A DNA stretch of 64,000 nucleotides from an uncultured Nitrospiraceae bacterium (GCA_963727775.1 CAVSHB010000004.1:96001-160000), one strand, 5' to 3'. Shown: positions 48,667 to 59,970, numbered from the stretch's first letter. Numbers and translations are program-made. Notes: a model not told the origin generated them from the letters alone.

Positions 48667-49773
48667 CTACTGACGTGCTTTGCTCCGTTTCTTGGCCATG
48701 GTTACGCAGTAGACGCCCTTGCCATCGGACGCGGGTGCAAAACATGCGTTGTCTGAGACACATTCAGCTGCGCGGCGGTCGCCCTTCCGCCAGCGCTTGA
48801 TTAGCGATGGTTCACAAATCAGCGGCCGACTCATTGAAATATAGTCGGCTATTCCATTTCGGACCAGTGCCTCTGCAACGCCATAAGAGCGAATGCCACC
48901 CACCAGCATCAACGGGATCGTGACCTTCTGTTTGTAGAGCATCGCAGCTTCCCGGTAATAAACCTCTTGTTCCGGAGTCTTCAGCTTGCCCGGGCGTACA
49001 GGCGTGAACTTTTCAGGTGAGGTAACCGTTCCGCCTGACAACTCAATAGCATTGACGGAAGCATTCCCAAGCATACCGGCAACCCGAACAGCCTCCTCGC
49101 GCGTCATGCCGCCCTCCAGAAAATCCTCGGAGTTTAGCTTGATGAGAACCGGATACTCCGGACCGACTGTCTCCCGGACGCTCCTTACCACCTCAAGTAC
49201 GAGCCGCGCACGGTTCTCGAGTTCGCCGCCATATTCATCCTTCCTCTTGTTAAATGCGGGCGACAGGAACTGACTGAGTAGAAAGCCATGGGCAGCGTGG
49301 ATCTGCACGGCGTCAAAGTCGGCTTGCTTCGCTCTACCGGCGGCGCGGGCGAAGGCGGATATTATGGCCGAGATATCCTCCCTGCCGGCCTGACGGCACT
49401 TTAACAGGACGGAAGGCCCGACAGACTCCAGGCTGCTCAGCTCGGGATTCGAGCTGCATCCACCGTGGACCAATTGCAAAGCCATCTTCCCCCCAGCCGA
49501 ATGTACCGCATGTGTCATGTCCCGAAGCCCCGGCAGCAAGCGGTCGTCGTAGACAGCCAGCTGGCTCGGACTGGACTGTCCCTCGGGGCTGACGAAAGCA
49601 TAACTGCTGATGATCAACCCCACCTCTCCCTTAGCCAACTCGATCATCATCTCTATAAGCCTGCTGGTGACTGAGCCATCCTTTCCAGCCAATCCCTCCC
49701 ACGTCGCAGAACGCACGAAGCGGTTCGGCAGACTCATGCTGCCTAAGGACGTATGTTCAAATAATTCAGCCAT
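48667..49773 (-). CDS. NADH:flavin oxidoreductase (Old Yellow Enzyme family)
   Basis: NRFVRSAT, QLVHGG, HAAHGFLLSQFLSP and R.DEYGG motifs. Confidence 0.92.
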   Translation of the reverse strand: MAELFEHTSLGSMSLPNRFVRSATWEGLAGKDGSVTSRLIEMMIELAKGEVGLIISSYAFVSPEGQSSPSQLAVYDDRLLPGLRDMTHAVHSAGGKMALQLVHGGCSSNPELSSLESVGPSVLLKCRQAGREDISAIISAFARAAGRAKQADFDAVQIHAAHGFLLSQFLSPAFNKRKDEYGGELENRARLVLEVVRSVRETVGPEYPVLIKLNSEDFLEGGMTREEAVRVAGMLGNASVNAIELSGGTVTSPEKFTPVRPGKLKTPEQEVYYREAAMLYKQKVTIPLMLVGGIRSYGVAEALVRNGIADYISMSRPLICEPSLIKRWRKGDRRAAECVSDNACFAPASDGKGVYCVTMAKKRSKARQ

Positions 49774-49883
49774 TGTGAATCTCCTTTTTTATCCTTCCGG
49801 ATTATTACACCAATAGATTAGAATCGACCTTTTCTCCGGTTTTCATCATATCAGACTTGCATCAAATATTATTAGATGCAATT

Positions 49884-50285
49884 TTAAAATACTACCTGAC
49901 AGGAAATCCCTTCCCTTTCAAATGCCCTCTTTAACTCCTCTCCTTTTTGCGAGAAGAAGCTGTCTTCCATGGCCCACTGCATCCCGTATCTTTCGTATGC
50001 CCAGTCCGCATAATGATAGTTCAGCCTGTCAAGGATCACGTACTCCACTTTACCCGTAAGCGCACTAACCAGCCCCTCGGCCCCCGGAAGAATCGGCGCT
50101 ATCATGGCAAAGGTTTTAATCCCTTCCGAGTGAAGCTTCGCCAAGGCCTCAATCCTTTTCTTTATTGGCGTCGCTTTTGGTTCAAATATCCTCCTTATCT
50201 TCTCATCCGCCGTGGTTATGGTGAATCCGACCTCGGCATCCTTTGATCTCTTAAGAGTCTCCATGTCCCTCAGGACAAGAGAGGA
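49884..50285 (-). pseudogene. 3' fragment of a radical SAM (SplB-like) gene
   Basis: S.LVLRD...VGFTITT...FEP...R..AL..L...GIKTFAMIAPILP; no CxxxCxxC N-terminus. Confidence 0.6.
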
Positions 50286-50653
50286 TACTTTTTGCCTTTA
50301 TCTCCCTGATCTTCATGTCTTCAACTTTATCACGGTTCGATTAATTCTAAAAGCTGCCTTTGATATCATGCGCGCATAAGTTATAAGTGGAAGCCCATGA
50401 GGGGTTTAACGGACTTCATTCAACAGCTTCTTGCCTTCTTCCTCAAACATTTATCTGCCTTCTCTGCTAAAATAGTGAAGAGTACAAACAATAATTGAGC
50501 AGAGAGAGGCGGGGATTGTCCTTCTGTTTTTACAGGAATAATACGCATAATTTTTAAATGATTGTCTTCATATCCTTTTCATCGTTTCTTCGCAGGCAAG
50601 TTTCATATATAATATATGTATAGAAAATATCTATCTTAGAGGAGAATTTTATA

Positions 50654-51457
50654 ATGTCCATTATTACAATTTCGCGAGGTTCTTACAGCAAAGGAAAAGA
50701 GGTAGCAGAGAAGGTAGCACGAAAATTAGGCTATGAGTGTATTGCAAGAGATGCCATTCTTAACGCATCAAAAGAATTTAATATTCCTGAAATCAAACTA
50801 ATTCGTGCCATTCATGACGCCCCTTCTATTCTGGAAAGGTTCAACTATACAAAGGAAAAATATCTGGCCTATTTGCATGTTTCCATGTTGGAGCATTTTC
50901 AAAAGGATAATCAAGTCTACCATGGTCTCGCAGGCCATTTCTTCGTAAAGAATATCTCTCATGTACTTAAGATAAGAATCATCGCTGATATGGAGGACCG
51001 TGTGAAACTCGAGATGGAACGTGAGGGAATTTCAAAAAGAGAAGCTTTGCGTATTCTTACAAATGATGACAAAGAAAGACGCAAATGGTGCAAATATATT
51101 TATGGAATTGATAAATGGGATCCCAGTCTTTATGATTTAGTTATCCATATTAAGAAAATTACGGTAGATGATGCGGCAGATATTATTTGTCATGCTGTTG
51201 GGGTGAATCAATTCAAAGCAACTCCGGAATCACAAAAAGCCCTGGAGAGCCTGTTGCTTTGCGCAAGAGTTAAGCTTGCATTAATGGATGTGAAACCCGA
51301 TGCTGAAGTGTTTATTTCAAATGGGACTATTGTAATAAAAGCTACAACCTCGCAGTTTGAGGATGAACAATTGATTCATAAAATAGAGGAAATCGTAAAG
51401 AGCTTTCCAGGGGTAACAAATGTTAGAGTTGATTTAGTTTCATACACACATGGATGA
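50654..51457 (+). CDS. Cytidylate kinase-like family protein with BON-like C-terminus
   Basis: IITISRGSYSKG and DPSLYDLVI motifs. Confidence 0.85.
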   Translation: MSIITISRGSYSKGKEVAEKVARKLGYECIARDAILNASKEFNIPEIKLIRAIHDAPSILERFNYTKEKYLAYLHVSMLEHFQKDNQVYHGLAGHFFVKNISHVLKIRIIADMEDRVKLEMEREGISKREALRILTNDDKERRKWCKYIYGIDKWDPSLYDLVIHIKKITVDDAADIICHAVGVNQFKATPESQKALESLLLCARVKLALMDVKPDAEVFISNGTIVIKATTSQFEDEQLIHKIEEIVKSFPGVTNVRVDLVSYTHG

Positions 51458-51490
51458 AGGTTGAGTAATTTTAATACAGCAGAGGGCGAG

Positions 51491-51703
51491 TTAATACCTC
51501 GCCTTTTTTATTATCAAGGCATCCTTCTTGTCTTTTTTTGTCTTGCGCAGAGACAGTCGCGCAAAATTAGTAATCAATAGAGGGTTAACTACCACACAGG
51601 CAACTCCCTCTGAAGAGACAAATGAAAAGAGATTTATGTGATAGCACCCTGTGGACTCCATGGCCAACCTTATCTCTGTTATGCCCTGAGCGTATTTCAT
51701 CAC
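51491..51703 (-). pseudogene. IS110 transposase fragment
   Basis: AMESTGCYH...VVNP...RKTKKDKKDA. Confidence 0.75.
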
Positions 51704-52030
51704 CGTGGACTCCTCAGACAGGGAATGCTGGAGATAGCTGCACTTTCTGACTATTTTGTGGCTTCTGAAGAATTTGTCTGTGATCTCAAATGGAGACTGA
51801 CTGCTGTATCACTGGAAAAAAGGAGGGAAGAACTGGGATGTAGAGTTCTGACGGTGACGCTCGGCGAACGGGGAAGTATCAGCGTTTCCGATAAAGGGAC
51901 TCTGCGCGTTCCGGCATTCACGGTTGAAACTATAGATACTACCGGCGCGGGCGACGTGTTTCACGGCGGATTCATATACGGTCTCCTGCAAAAATGGGAA
52001 CTTAAAGACATTATAGTATTCGCTTCACCC
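51685..52030 (+). pseudogene. PfkB carbohydrate kinase fragment
   Basis: VTLGERGS and DTTGAGDVFHGG motifs; N-terminus missing. Confidence 0.7.
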
Positions 52031-52930
52031 CTCGAAATATCTTGGCGTTACTTTCTTACGGCCTGTTATTCTCTGATAGACTTCGTCAGTGTATCCAAGA
52101 GAGATAACCGCGTAAACCTCCTCTTCCGCCGGAATTCCGATAGCCCGCCGGATCGAAGGATCTCTCTTCATTGCTTGAACAGCAAATCCGATGAGACAAG
52201 AGCCGAGCCCCATACTGTGGGCGGCGAGTAGGATATTTTGTGTCGCGAGTAAGGCATCCTCGGCAGGGCAGCTCGCTCCCGGCCTGGATCCAACAAGGAT
52301 AGCAGCCGTACCACCATGAAAAAGACGGTCTTTACCCGATGCACGCCATTCTTTAAGCCCATCCTTCACCCTCCGGTAATAACCGCGATAATAGGCATCG
52401 ACTTCTCCCTTACCGATCAGCTTGAGAAAAGAACGGAGCAGGGTCTTTTCTGCAGTAGCGTTCAGTCTTTCAAAAAAGGAGGCAACATGTCCGGCCAAAG
52501 ATACGACCGCCTTCCTCGTCGGCAGAATGGTAAAGGTCCAGGATTGACAGTTAGTTCCTGACGGTGCGGTAACACCGATCTTCATGAGGTCTTCGAGCAC
52601 GTCCCTTTCCAGTGGCCTATCGGAAAAGTGCCGGCAGGAGCGGCGCGAGGCCATCAGCTGCACTAATAGATATGTATTAAACTTTCCGGGAGGAAGCCAC
52701 TGTTTCTCTGCCGTGAAAGTCTTAAATTCCGACATTCCTTCGTCAAGCGTGGTGACACGTATCGCCTTTTGCGGACAGACTGCTTCACAATGTCCGCAGG
52801 AGATTGAATCCTCTCCCGAGGCTATGGCCTTCCCTTCCACAATTGAGAGGGTTTCCGTCGGGCAAACAGTAACGCATAAACCGCAACCGATGCAAAGATC
52901 TCTATCAATCTCTATTTTGTTTTCTTCCAT
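52025..52930 (-). CDS. Ferredoxin-nitroreductase fusion
   Basis: CIGCGLCVTVCP, SISCGHCEAVCP, RRSCRHF and APSGTNCQ motifs. Confidence 0.9.
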   Translation of the reverse strand: MEENKIEIDRDLCIGCGLCVTVCPTETLSIVEGKAIASGEDSISCGHCEAVCPQKAIRVTTLDEGMSEFKTFTAEKQWLPPGKFNTYLLVQLMASRRSCRHFSDRPLERDVLEDLMKIGVTAPSGTNCQSWTFTILPTRKAVVSLAGHVASFFERLNATAEKTLLRSFLKLIGKGEVDAYYRGYYRRVKDGLKEWRASGKDRLFHGGTAAILVGSRPGASCPAEDALLATQNILLAAHSMGLGSCLIGFAVQAMKRDPSIRRAIGIPAEEEVYAVISLGYTDEVYQRITGRKKVTPRYFEG

Positions 52931-53145
52931 TGAAGTCTCCTCGAAAAATTTCTTACATTCCATAATTATGATAACACGACATTAAATCCTTTCTAATCTT
53001 CGCTTAAGCAAATCCTAACCGGTGGTGCTCAATTATTTCTCCTTGCAATCGTGAAGAGCCCGCATAAAAAGTGATAATTTTTGTATAATAAAACTTATTT
53101 TGAAAATGCTTTTTCCCTAAGTAAATCTATCGGAGGTAAAATTAT

Positions 53146-54096
53146 ATGTTTCGTCCACAGATCAAAGTTCTCGATTGCACTATCCGCGACGGCGGGCTGA
53201 TCAACAAATGGCAGTTCAGCGATGAAATTGTACGCAAGGTTTTCCATGCATTGTCGGCTTCCGGCGTCGACTATATGGAAATAGGATATAAATCCTCCGA
53301 GAAATATTTTTCCAGGGCAGAGCACGGCGCCTGGAAATTCTGCACCGAGGAGGACATAAAACGAATCGTCGGTGATACCGATACGAACATGAAATTATCG
53401 GCCATGGCCGACATCGGCAGGATAGATTATGAAGATATTCCTCCAAAAAAGGACAGCATTCTCGATATGATCAGGGTAGCCTGTTATGCTAAAGAAACTG
53501 ATAAGGCAATAGCCCTGGCGCATGAGTGTCTGGACAAGGGCTACGAAGCGACCATCAACCTTATGGCTGTATCGAAGGTCCTAGAAAAAGATCTTGACGA
53601 AGCCCTCGATGATCTTTCGAAAAGCAGAGTTCCCGTGATATATCTTGTGGACAGTTTCGGATCATTATACTCCGAACAGATCCATTTCCTGGCAAAGAAG
53701 TATTTTGAAGCATTGCCGGGCAAAGAACTCGGCATTCACACCCACAATAACCAGCAGCTGGCTTTCGCAAACACGATAGAGGCTATTATCGCGGGAGTAA
53801 ACCGTCTGGACGCCACTCTTTACGGCATGGGGAGAGGAGCCGGCAACTGTCCGCTGGAACTCCTTCTGTCTTTCCTGAAGAATCCGAAATTCGATATCAG
53901 ACCCTTAATAGAGGTAATCCAGGAGATATTTGTTCCGATGAAAGCGGATATAGAATGGGGATACCACATCCCATATTTAATAACGGGCGTATTGAATGAG
54001 CACCCGAGAAGCGCAATGAAGATAATGGCGCAAAAGACTTTGCCTAACCTCAGACAATTTTATGATGAACTCAAGGACGGTACGGAACTGGATTAA
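53146..54096 (+). CDS. HMGL-like/DRE-TIM aldolase domain protein
   Basis: LDCTIRDGG, HTHNN and GMGRGAGN motifs. Confidence 0.85.
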   Translation: MFRPQIKVLDCTIRDGGLINKWQFSDEIVRKVFHALSASGVDYMEIGYKSSEKYFSRAEHGAWKFCTEEDIKRIVGDTDTNMKLSAMADIGRIDYEDIPPKKDSILDMIRVACYAKETDKAIALAHECLDKGYEATINLMAVSKVLEKDLDEALDDLSKSRVPVIYLVDSFGSLYSEQIHFLAKKYFEALPGKELGIHTHNNQQLAFANTIEAIIAGVNRLDATLYGMGRGAGNCPLELLLSFLKNPKFDIRPLIEVIQEIFVPMKADIEWGYHIPYLITGVLNEHPRSAMKIMAQKTLPNLRQFYDELKDGTELD

Positions 54097-55370
54097 AAAA
54101 GCATTGTCTGTCCCTTAATCTCTGTTTTTTCCATTTTCTCAAAAATGCGCACCTTTCCGTATTCGCCGTCATATCCGGGCACAATGCCGACATCTCCTGA
54201 TCGCATCCTCTGTATGGCTTCCGCCGGCAATGGGAAGCCGGTCTTTTCTATCTCACTCAATGGGGCGTCAAGAAGAATTCTGAACTCTGGACCGAGTTTT
54301 TCAAGAAGATTCATATAGGCACCTGAGACCGCTTTACTGTTAACGCCGATTTTCATGGTATCAGCAAGAATCTCCGGGAGAGGAATCATGGAATAAAAAG
54401 GCAGCGCATCTTTCGGCCTGAACCCATTTTCACGGTCGGCGAGTTTTTCAACCCTGTGCATTACGCCGACTGTGACTCTTTGTCCGCAGACCGGGCAGAG
54501 ATAATTATGCTTTATCGTTTCCTGTGGAGAAAGGTTTACGCCGCATGTTCTGTGTCCGTCATAATAATATTTCCCTTCCTGAGGGAAAAATTCGATTGTC
54601 CCGAGAAAGCCTTTCTTTGTTTTGATCGATTCCATAATATTTTCATAAGAGGGCCTTTTATCAAAATCAAAAATATTTGCTTCACGTCCGAGTTTTAAGG
54701 GGGAGTGGGCATCTGAGTTTGAAATAAGAGTTATTTTGTCGAGAGCCGAAAGCCTCCAGTTCATGGCTGGATCAGATGATAGTCCTGTTTCAATTGCATG
54801 GATATAAGGCGTTAACTCTTCAAAACATTCTTCGATTGAATCAAATCCGGAGTTTGCGCCAAGGACGGAGAAGTGTGGCGTCCATACATGAGCGGGCACG
54901 AACATGGCCTCCTCTGTAACATCGAGAACAATTTTCAATAATGTCTTTGCATCAAGTCCGAGTATCGGCCTTCCATCAGATGAAAGGTTCCCTATTTTTG
55001 ATAAGGCATTGATAATTTTTAAAGCAGCCTGAAAATCAGGTACAAAAACGAGACTGTGTACCTTCCTCGTTTTTCCATTCTTTGAATAGATGCAGCTTAT
55101 TTCGGAAGTGAGTATGAAACGGACTTCCGACCTGCATGATAAAGGCACATTATTATCTTGGTATTTATATTTTAAACTTAATGTGTTACCATTATCAACA
55201 TGAAGTTTTTCTTTCAGTTCATGAAACCATTTTGGATGGGTAAAATCTCCTGTGCCGATGACACTGATTCCCTTTAATTGAGCCCATCTCCAAAGGCTTT
55301 CCAGGGACATGTCTCTGCTCGTCGCCCTGGAATATTTTGAATGGATATGCAGGTCTGCGATAAAGCGCAT
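54093..55370 (-). CDS. Endonuclease Q-family PHP protein
   Basis: DLHIHSKYS, GTGDFTHP, SNSDAHS, CPVCG and PGYDGEYG motifs. Confidence 0.88.
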   Translation of the reverse strand: MRFIADLHIHSKYSRATSRDMSLESLWRWAQLKGISVIGTGDFTHPKWFHELKEKLHVDNGNTLSLKYKYQDNNVPLSCRSEVRFILTSEISCIYSKNGKTRKVHSLVFVPDFQAALKIINALSKIGNLSSDGRPILGLDAKTLLKIVLDVTEEAMFVPAHVWTPHFSVLGANSGFDSIEECFEELTPYIHAIETGLSSDPAMNWRLSALDKITLISNSDAHSPLKLGREANIFDFDKRPSYENIMESIKTKKGFLGTIEFFPQEGKYYYDGHRTCGVNLSPQETIKHNYLCPVCGQRVTVGVMHRVEKLADRENGFRPKDALPFYSMIPLPEILADTMKIGVNSKAVSGAYMNLLEKLGPEFRILLDAPLSEIEKTGFPLPAEAIQRMRSGDVGIVPGYDGEYGKVRIFEKMEKTEIKGQTMLF

Positions 55371-55437
55371 AAGCTTTATGGACTCTTATGAACCTTTTGG
55401 ATACGCAATCAAGACTGGACGATCTTTGACCAAAGAC

Positions 55438-56049
55438 CTATCGTAACGAAGCATTCTGTTTTCTCTTGTGCAAAATTATGTATACGGTGACCAATAATGC
55501 ACAACCGACAATAACGTATATACTCCACTGTCTGCTTACCGCCATAATTTTTTCTTTGTTGTGACCCACAAAATAACCGATAAAAGCAAGGACTACAACC
55601 CATATACCGGCGCCGAACGCGGTATAGAAGCAGAATTTCCCGAGGTTCATTCTGCAGAGGCCTGCAGGAAAAGATATATAATGTCTTACTCCCAATATAA
55701 GCCTTCCGATGAAGGTGCTGATATTCCCATGTATACGGAAAAATTCCTCTCCTTTTATGAAATGGTTATGTGAAACGCCAAAATATTTTCCGTATCTGAG
55801 GATAAACGGTCTCCCTAAAAATACTGCAATAGCGTAATTAAATAACGCGCCGAGAACGCTGCCGGCTGTGCCGGATATTAAAACGCCTGCCCAGTTCATC
55901 TGGTTCTGTGCGATGAGATATCCTGCCGGCGGTATTACAAGTTCAGAAGGCAAAGGGATGAACGTGCTTTCGATAAACATCAGGACCAAAATACCTGGAT
56001 AACCCATAGTGCCGACTGCCTCAACAAGCCAGTTCAAAAAAGCATGCAT
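55438..56049 (-). CDS. DedA-family membrane protein
   Basis: ESTFIPLPSE and GRLI.GVRHYIS.PAG motifs. Confidence 0.92.
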   Translation of the reverse strand: MHAFLNWLVEAVGTMGYPGILVLMFIESTFIPLPSELVIPPAGYLIAQNQMNWAGVLISGTAGSVLGALFNYAIAVFLGRPFILRYGKYFGVSHNHFIKGEEFFRIHGNISTFIGRLILGVRHYISFPAGLCRMNLGKFCFYTAFGAGIWVVVLAFIGYFVGHNKEKIMAVSRQWSIYVIVGCALLVTVYIILHKRKQNASLR

Positions 56050-56354
56050 TTCTTTAAATAATACCGTACTCAGTTGTTGTAATAAATTTATTCATGCTTG
56101 CCTATTGTACCTTATAATTGGTGATCTTTGAAAACTATTCATGTTTTTATATCGTTTCACATTTGATGCAGGCTGTTTAATTCCTTTTAAAAAACGCAAT
56201 GACTGCATCCTGAAAAATGCGGCTTCCATTCACTAACTTTTCAGACGTAGACCGGTTGAATTTTCTTCGGGCAAAATGTCCGCTCAAAAAGGTATTTTGC
56301 CGATGATTCCGTATATTTTATTTTAATATATAATATAAAATTAATAACTTATCT

Positions 56355-56371
56355 CTGGCATTGATTGTGCT
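56355..56371 (+). promoter_or_regulatory. Putative sigma54 promoter
   Basis: TGGCATTGATTGTGCT; upstream inverted GGCAAAAT...ATTTTGCC. Confidence 0.5.
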
Positions 56372-56459
56372 TGATATAAATAGAATATAAAAGTTGCAAG
56401 GGATTTAGTTAGATAAATATGATAATTTTGAAAGGGATGAAGAAAGGAGAAAGTAAGCT

Positions 56460-57491
56460 ATGAAACGGTCACTTTATTCAATAATCATGACATTCGTTAT
56501 CGGTCTGGTTTTAATGCCTGAAATGATTTATGCCCAGTCTCAGCAGACGACAACAAAAGCCCCTCCGATAGAGCAACCACTTGTCCGTGAAGGCAGCTTT
56601 GCGGTCAAACTTGTCTCCTCATTGTCTTTGGTAACGACTGAAGACGAAGTTGAGGCGGAAAATCTGTTAAGCGATGCCGGCATCACGCCACGAAATGGAT
56701 GGATTGCCGATTACCCTGTTACTCCGGATATAATGGGTGAGATACGGCAATCAGTAATTGATGCGGTGAATTCTAAAAAGTTATCAATGAATGAAGATGA
56801 GGCTTTGCAGAGGTTCCAGGAAGCTAAGGCTGATGTCGGGTTACAAATTAAGCCTTATGCATCCGGTGAACCCCATGAAGTTAATCCGGATTCAACCTAT
56901 CCCGAAACTTCCGTTATAAATAATTATTATTATAATCAGGGACCGCCGATAGTTACTTACTACGCTCCTCCTCCGGACTATTATTATCTTTATTCATGGG
57001 TCCCGTCTCCGTTCTGGTGGTATGATTTTTGGTTCCCCGGATTTTTTATCCTGAATGACTTCCACAGACCTTTTCACTTTCACAACAGGAATTTCTTCAT
57101 CTCGAATCATTTCAACGATTTCAGACATCACAGGGTTTTCAGAATCGACCCTGTAGATCGGTTCCATGGAAAAACATTTGCAGGTATAGGCGCGCCGAGA
57201 ACAGGACGTTTTATTTCCCATGGAATCAGAAACGGAGCTACATCTATTTTTAATCGTAACAGGATCAGTCCGCCTTCGGGTGGTAAAACTTTCAGATCCC
57301 CTTCAGGCAGCAGGTCGATCAGTCCGCCGCATTCAGGCGGTAGGTCATTCAAAACGCCTTCAGGTGGCAAGTCGTTCAGTCAACCTTCAGGCGGTAGATC
57401 ATTCAGAGCGCCTTCGGGTGGCAAGTCGTTTAGTCAGCCTTCAGGTGGTAGATCATCGGGTTCTTCCGGCGGCGGACACCAGAGAAGATAA
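56460..57491 (+). CDS. Exported protein with aromatic/His-rich segment and PSGG repeats
   Basis: Signal peptide; YYAPPPDYYYLY; about seven PSGG(K/R)SF-type repeats. Confidence 0.75.
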   Translation: MKRSLYSIIMTFVIGLVLMPEMIYAQSQQTTTKAPPIEQPLVREGSFAVKLVSSLSLVTTEDEVEAENLLSDAGITPRNGWIADYPVTPDIMGEIRQSVIDAVNSKKLSMNEDEALQRFQEAKADVGLQIKPYASGEPHEVNPDSTYPETSVINNYYYNQGPPIVTYYAPPPDYYYLYSWVPSPFWWYDFWFPGFFILNDFHRPFHFHNRNFFISNHFNDFRHHRVFRIDPVDRFHGKTFAGIGAPRTGRFISHGIRNGATSIFNRNRISPPSGGKTFRSPSGSRSISPPHSGGRSFKTPSGGKSFSQPSGGRSFRAPSGGKSFSQPSGGRSSGSSGGGHQRR

Positions 57492-57521
57492 ATCCCTGCA
57501 GCAAGTCTGCAAATCCAAAAT

Positions 57522-57555
57522 AAAAAAGGACTTACAGGATTCCTGTAAGTCCTTT
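57522..57555. terminator. Intrinsic terminator hairpin
   Basis: AAAAAAGGACTTACAGG-AT-TCCTGTAAGTCCTTT between convergent genes. Confidence 0.7.
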
Positions 57556-57853
57556 CCCGGCACTGAAAAATATATCTGTCCCTTTGTCCATATATAGATA
57601 GGATATATTTTATAGTTTTTTATCCACGGTTGTCTTATAGTAAAATCCGTTCTGTGCCATAAAAAAACCCATGGGGCATCGGCAACTATAATTTCCTCGG
57701 CCTTTTTGAGCAGAGGAGTTTCATCTTATCATCCAACGCGCTTTGGCCCTTTTCTATAGTTTGTCTCATAAACTCGAAGAACATTTCGCTACATTTTCGC
57801 CACATAAACAAAAAAGGACCTAAAGCTAAAAAGCACTAAGTCCGTGATTTTAT

Positions 57854-57933
<80 letters not shown>

Positions 57934-57942
57934 TTTAGTTTT

Positions 57943-58335
57943 TTAATGAAGTTGACTCAGTATTTCCCTGAGCCTTTTCTTGATATGCTCAATGGCCCGG
58001 GCAGATTGACGGATTTCTTTTTTCTGTAAATCCTGCTCAGTTCTCGGTTCAGCATTGGCTATACCGACTCCGAGTTTTTTTCTGACACCTTCTATGGTAA
58101 ATCTCTCCTGATATAAAAGCTTCTTGATATTAAGGAGAAGCTCCACATCCTTCTTTATATAAACGCGCTGTCCGGATTTATTTTTCCTCGGCTTCAGAAA
58201 AGAAAATTCCGTCTCCCAATACCTGAGGACATAAGGTTCAACCCCCACAATCCTGCTCACTTCTCCTATTTTGTAAAAAAGTTTATCAGGGAAAGACGCA
58301 TATGGCACAAGTCTTTCAGGCGCGGATTTATACAT
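57943..58335 (-). CDS. MerR-family regulator
   Basis: YKIGEVS...VLRYWE; conserved ihfA-merR-tRNA-Pro order. Confidence 0.92.
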   Translation of the reverse strand: MYKSAPERLVPYASFPDKLFYKIGEVSRIVGVEPYVLRYWETEFSFLKPRKNKSGQRVYIKKDVELLLNIKKLLYQERFTIEGVRKKLGVGIANAEPRTEQDLQKKEIRQSARAIEHIKKRLREILSQLH

Positions 58336-58612
58336 CCTGTTTCTCCAGTACTCCCTTCAATTGATTGCTGGCCCTGAATGTGATTACCTTTCTCGGCGTT
58401 ATCTCAAGATCATCTCCTGTCTTGGGATTGCGGCCTCTCCTCGCTGTTTTTTGTCTGACATTAAAAGTCCCGAACCCCGATATCTTCACTGATTCGCCTT
58501 CGACAAACGTCTGTTTCATAGTATCAAATAATATCTCGATAATTTCCTGTGCCTCTTTTTTTGAAAGTCCTATCTTCTCAAATATTCTTTCTACTAAGTC
58601 TGCCTTTGTCAT
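58328..58612 (-). CDS. ihfA: Integration host factor alpha subunit
   Basis: MTKADL, VKISGFG and GRNPKTG motifs. Confidence 0.92.
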   Translation of the reverse strand: MTKADLVERIFEKIGLSKKEAQEIIEILFDTMKQTFVEGESVKISGFGTFNVRQKTARRGRNPKTGDDLEITPRKVITFRASNQLKGVLEKQDV

Positions 58613-58773
58613 AATACCCCTATCTCAATTTTTTTAAATTATATTAAGGACATAGATAGTTGTCAAGAAGATTTTAGTTTAATATATTATCTGACTTTGT
58701 ATTTTTTGTCAAAAGATATTGTAATAACTGAAATTTCTTGGGCCGCTTCATGATATAATTTGTTTCTAATTAT

Positions 58774-59145
58774 ATGATTTATGGAGTCGGGATAGACATC
58801 GTCAGGATAGATCGGATTCAAACGGTTGTAGAGAAATGGGGGCAGAGGTTTCTCAAGAAAATATTTACCGATAATGAGATTTCCTACTGTTATACGAAAA
58901 AAATGCCGCATCTGTCACTGGCAGTCCGTTTCGCGGCAAAGGAGGCATTGATAAAAGCGATAGCCTCTGAAATCCCTGTGGCTTTCACTGACATTGAAAT
59001 AATAAGCAGACATAACGGGAAACCTTTTCTTAATGTTAAAGGAAAACTTGAGGATTTTTTTCAAGAGAAACTCATAAGAAAAGCTCATGTGAGTCTTAGC
59101 CATGAACGTGATTATGGAGTTGCATGTGTTGTCCTTGAGCAATAG
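58774..59145 (+). CDS. acpS: Holo-ACP synthase
   Basis: GVGIDIV, RFAAKEA and VSLSH motifs. Confidence 0.95.
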   Translation: MIYGVGIDIVRIDRIQTVVEKWGQRFLKKIFTDNEISYCYTKKMPHLSLAVRFAAKEALIKAIASEIPVAFTDIEIISRHNGKPFLNVKGKLEDFFQEKLIRKAHVSLSHERDYGVACVVLEQ

Positions 59146-59151
59146 TATCGT

Positions 59152-59970
59152 TTACTGATTTTGAGGCGCCTGCGTTTGAGGGGAAACAATAGGTAGTCCC
59201 TCAGACGGTCTCTGTATCGATTTATCCTCTTTATTGCCTTCTTCTATCACCTCTTCATACTCAGGCACAACAATACCTCTCCTGACCATGATGCTATAGA
59301 TAAGATTAGACCTGTGCGTTACGTATCTGCTGTTCCCAAGCGGGTTGAATTTTCTCGGATTCGGCAGAACGGAGGCGAGCCTTGCAGCTTCTTCAGGGCT
59401 GATTTCAGCGGCTGATTTCCCATAATACCGCCTTGCAGCCGTCTCGATACCGAATATGCCGCCCTCACCCCACTCAGCGATATTTAGGTAGAGTTCAAGA
59501 ATCCGTTTTTTTGTCAAAACCCTCTCCATCCTCCATGTTATTATCGCCTCCCTGATTTTTCTCAGAGGATTTTTGGAAGGTGAAAGGTAGAGGTTTTTTG
59601 CAACCTGCTGGCTTATTGTACTTCCACCCAATTTAAACTGTTTCGCCTTAATGTCCTTTTCAATGGCCTTCTGCATTGCTTCGTAATCAAAACCTTCATG
59701 TTTCCAGAACTTATCGTCTTCAGCAATAAGCACAGCTTTAATGAGATAAGGAGACACCCTGGACAACGGCACCCATTTCTGCCGGATCCTGTATTTCTTG
59801 CCCTCCCGTTGCCACTCTCTTTCGCGGTACTCCATAAAAGAGGTTTTCTTCGGGTTTTCTTTTTTTAGTTTTGAAACATCAGGGAATAAAAACAGATAGA
59901 GCACCAGCATGCCCGACAGAATTAGGAACGCAGAGATCCAAAGGGACCTATGCCTGGATCTCCGTGCCAA
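59152..59970 (-). CDS. mtgA: Monofunctional peptidoglycan transglycosylase
   Basis: AEDDKFWKHEGFD, GSTISQQVAKNL and RKIRE motifs. Confidence 0.92.
   Translation of the reverse strand: MARRSRHRSLWISAFLILSGMLVLYLFLFPDVSKLKKENPKKTSFMEYREREWQREGKKYRIRQKWVPLSRVSPYLIKAVLIAEDDKFWKHEGFDYEAMQKAIEKDIKAKQFKLGGSTISQQVAKNLYLSPSKNPLRKIREAIITWRMERVLTKKRILELYLNIAEWGEGGIFGIETAARRYYGKSAAEISPEEAARLASVLPNPRKFNPLGNSRYVTHRSNLIYSIMVRRGIVVPEYEEVIEEGNKEDKSIQRPSEGLPIVSPQTQAPQNQ

Noticed and set aside
57560..57853. Integrative element at tRNA-Pro
   Set aside because: No integrase ORF or duplicated tRNA 3' end was found.
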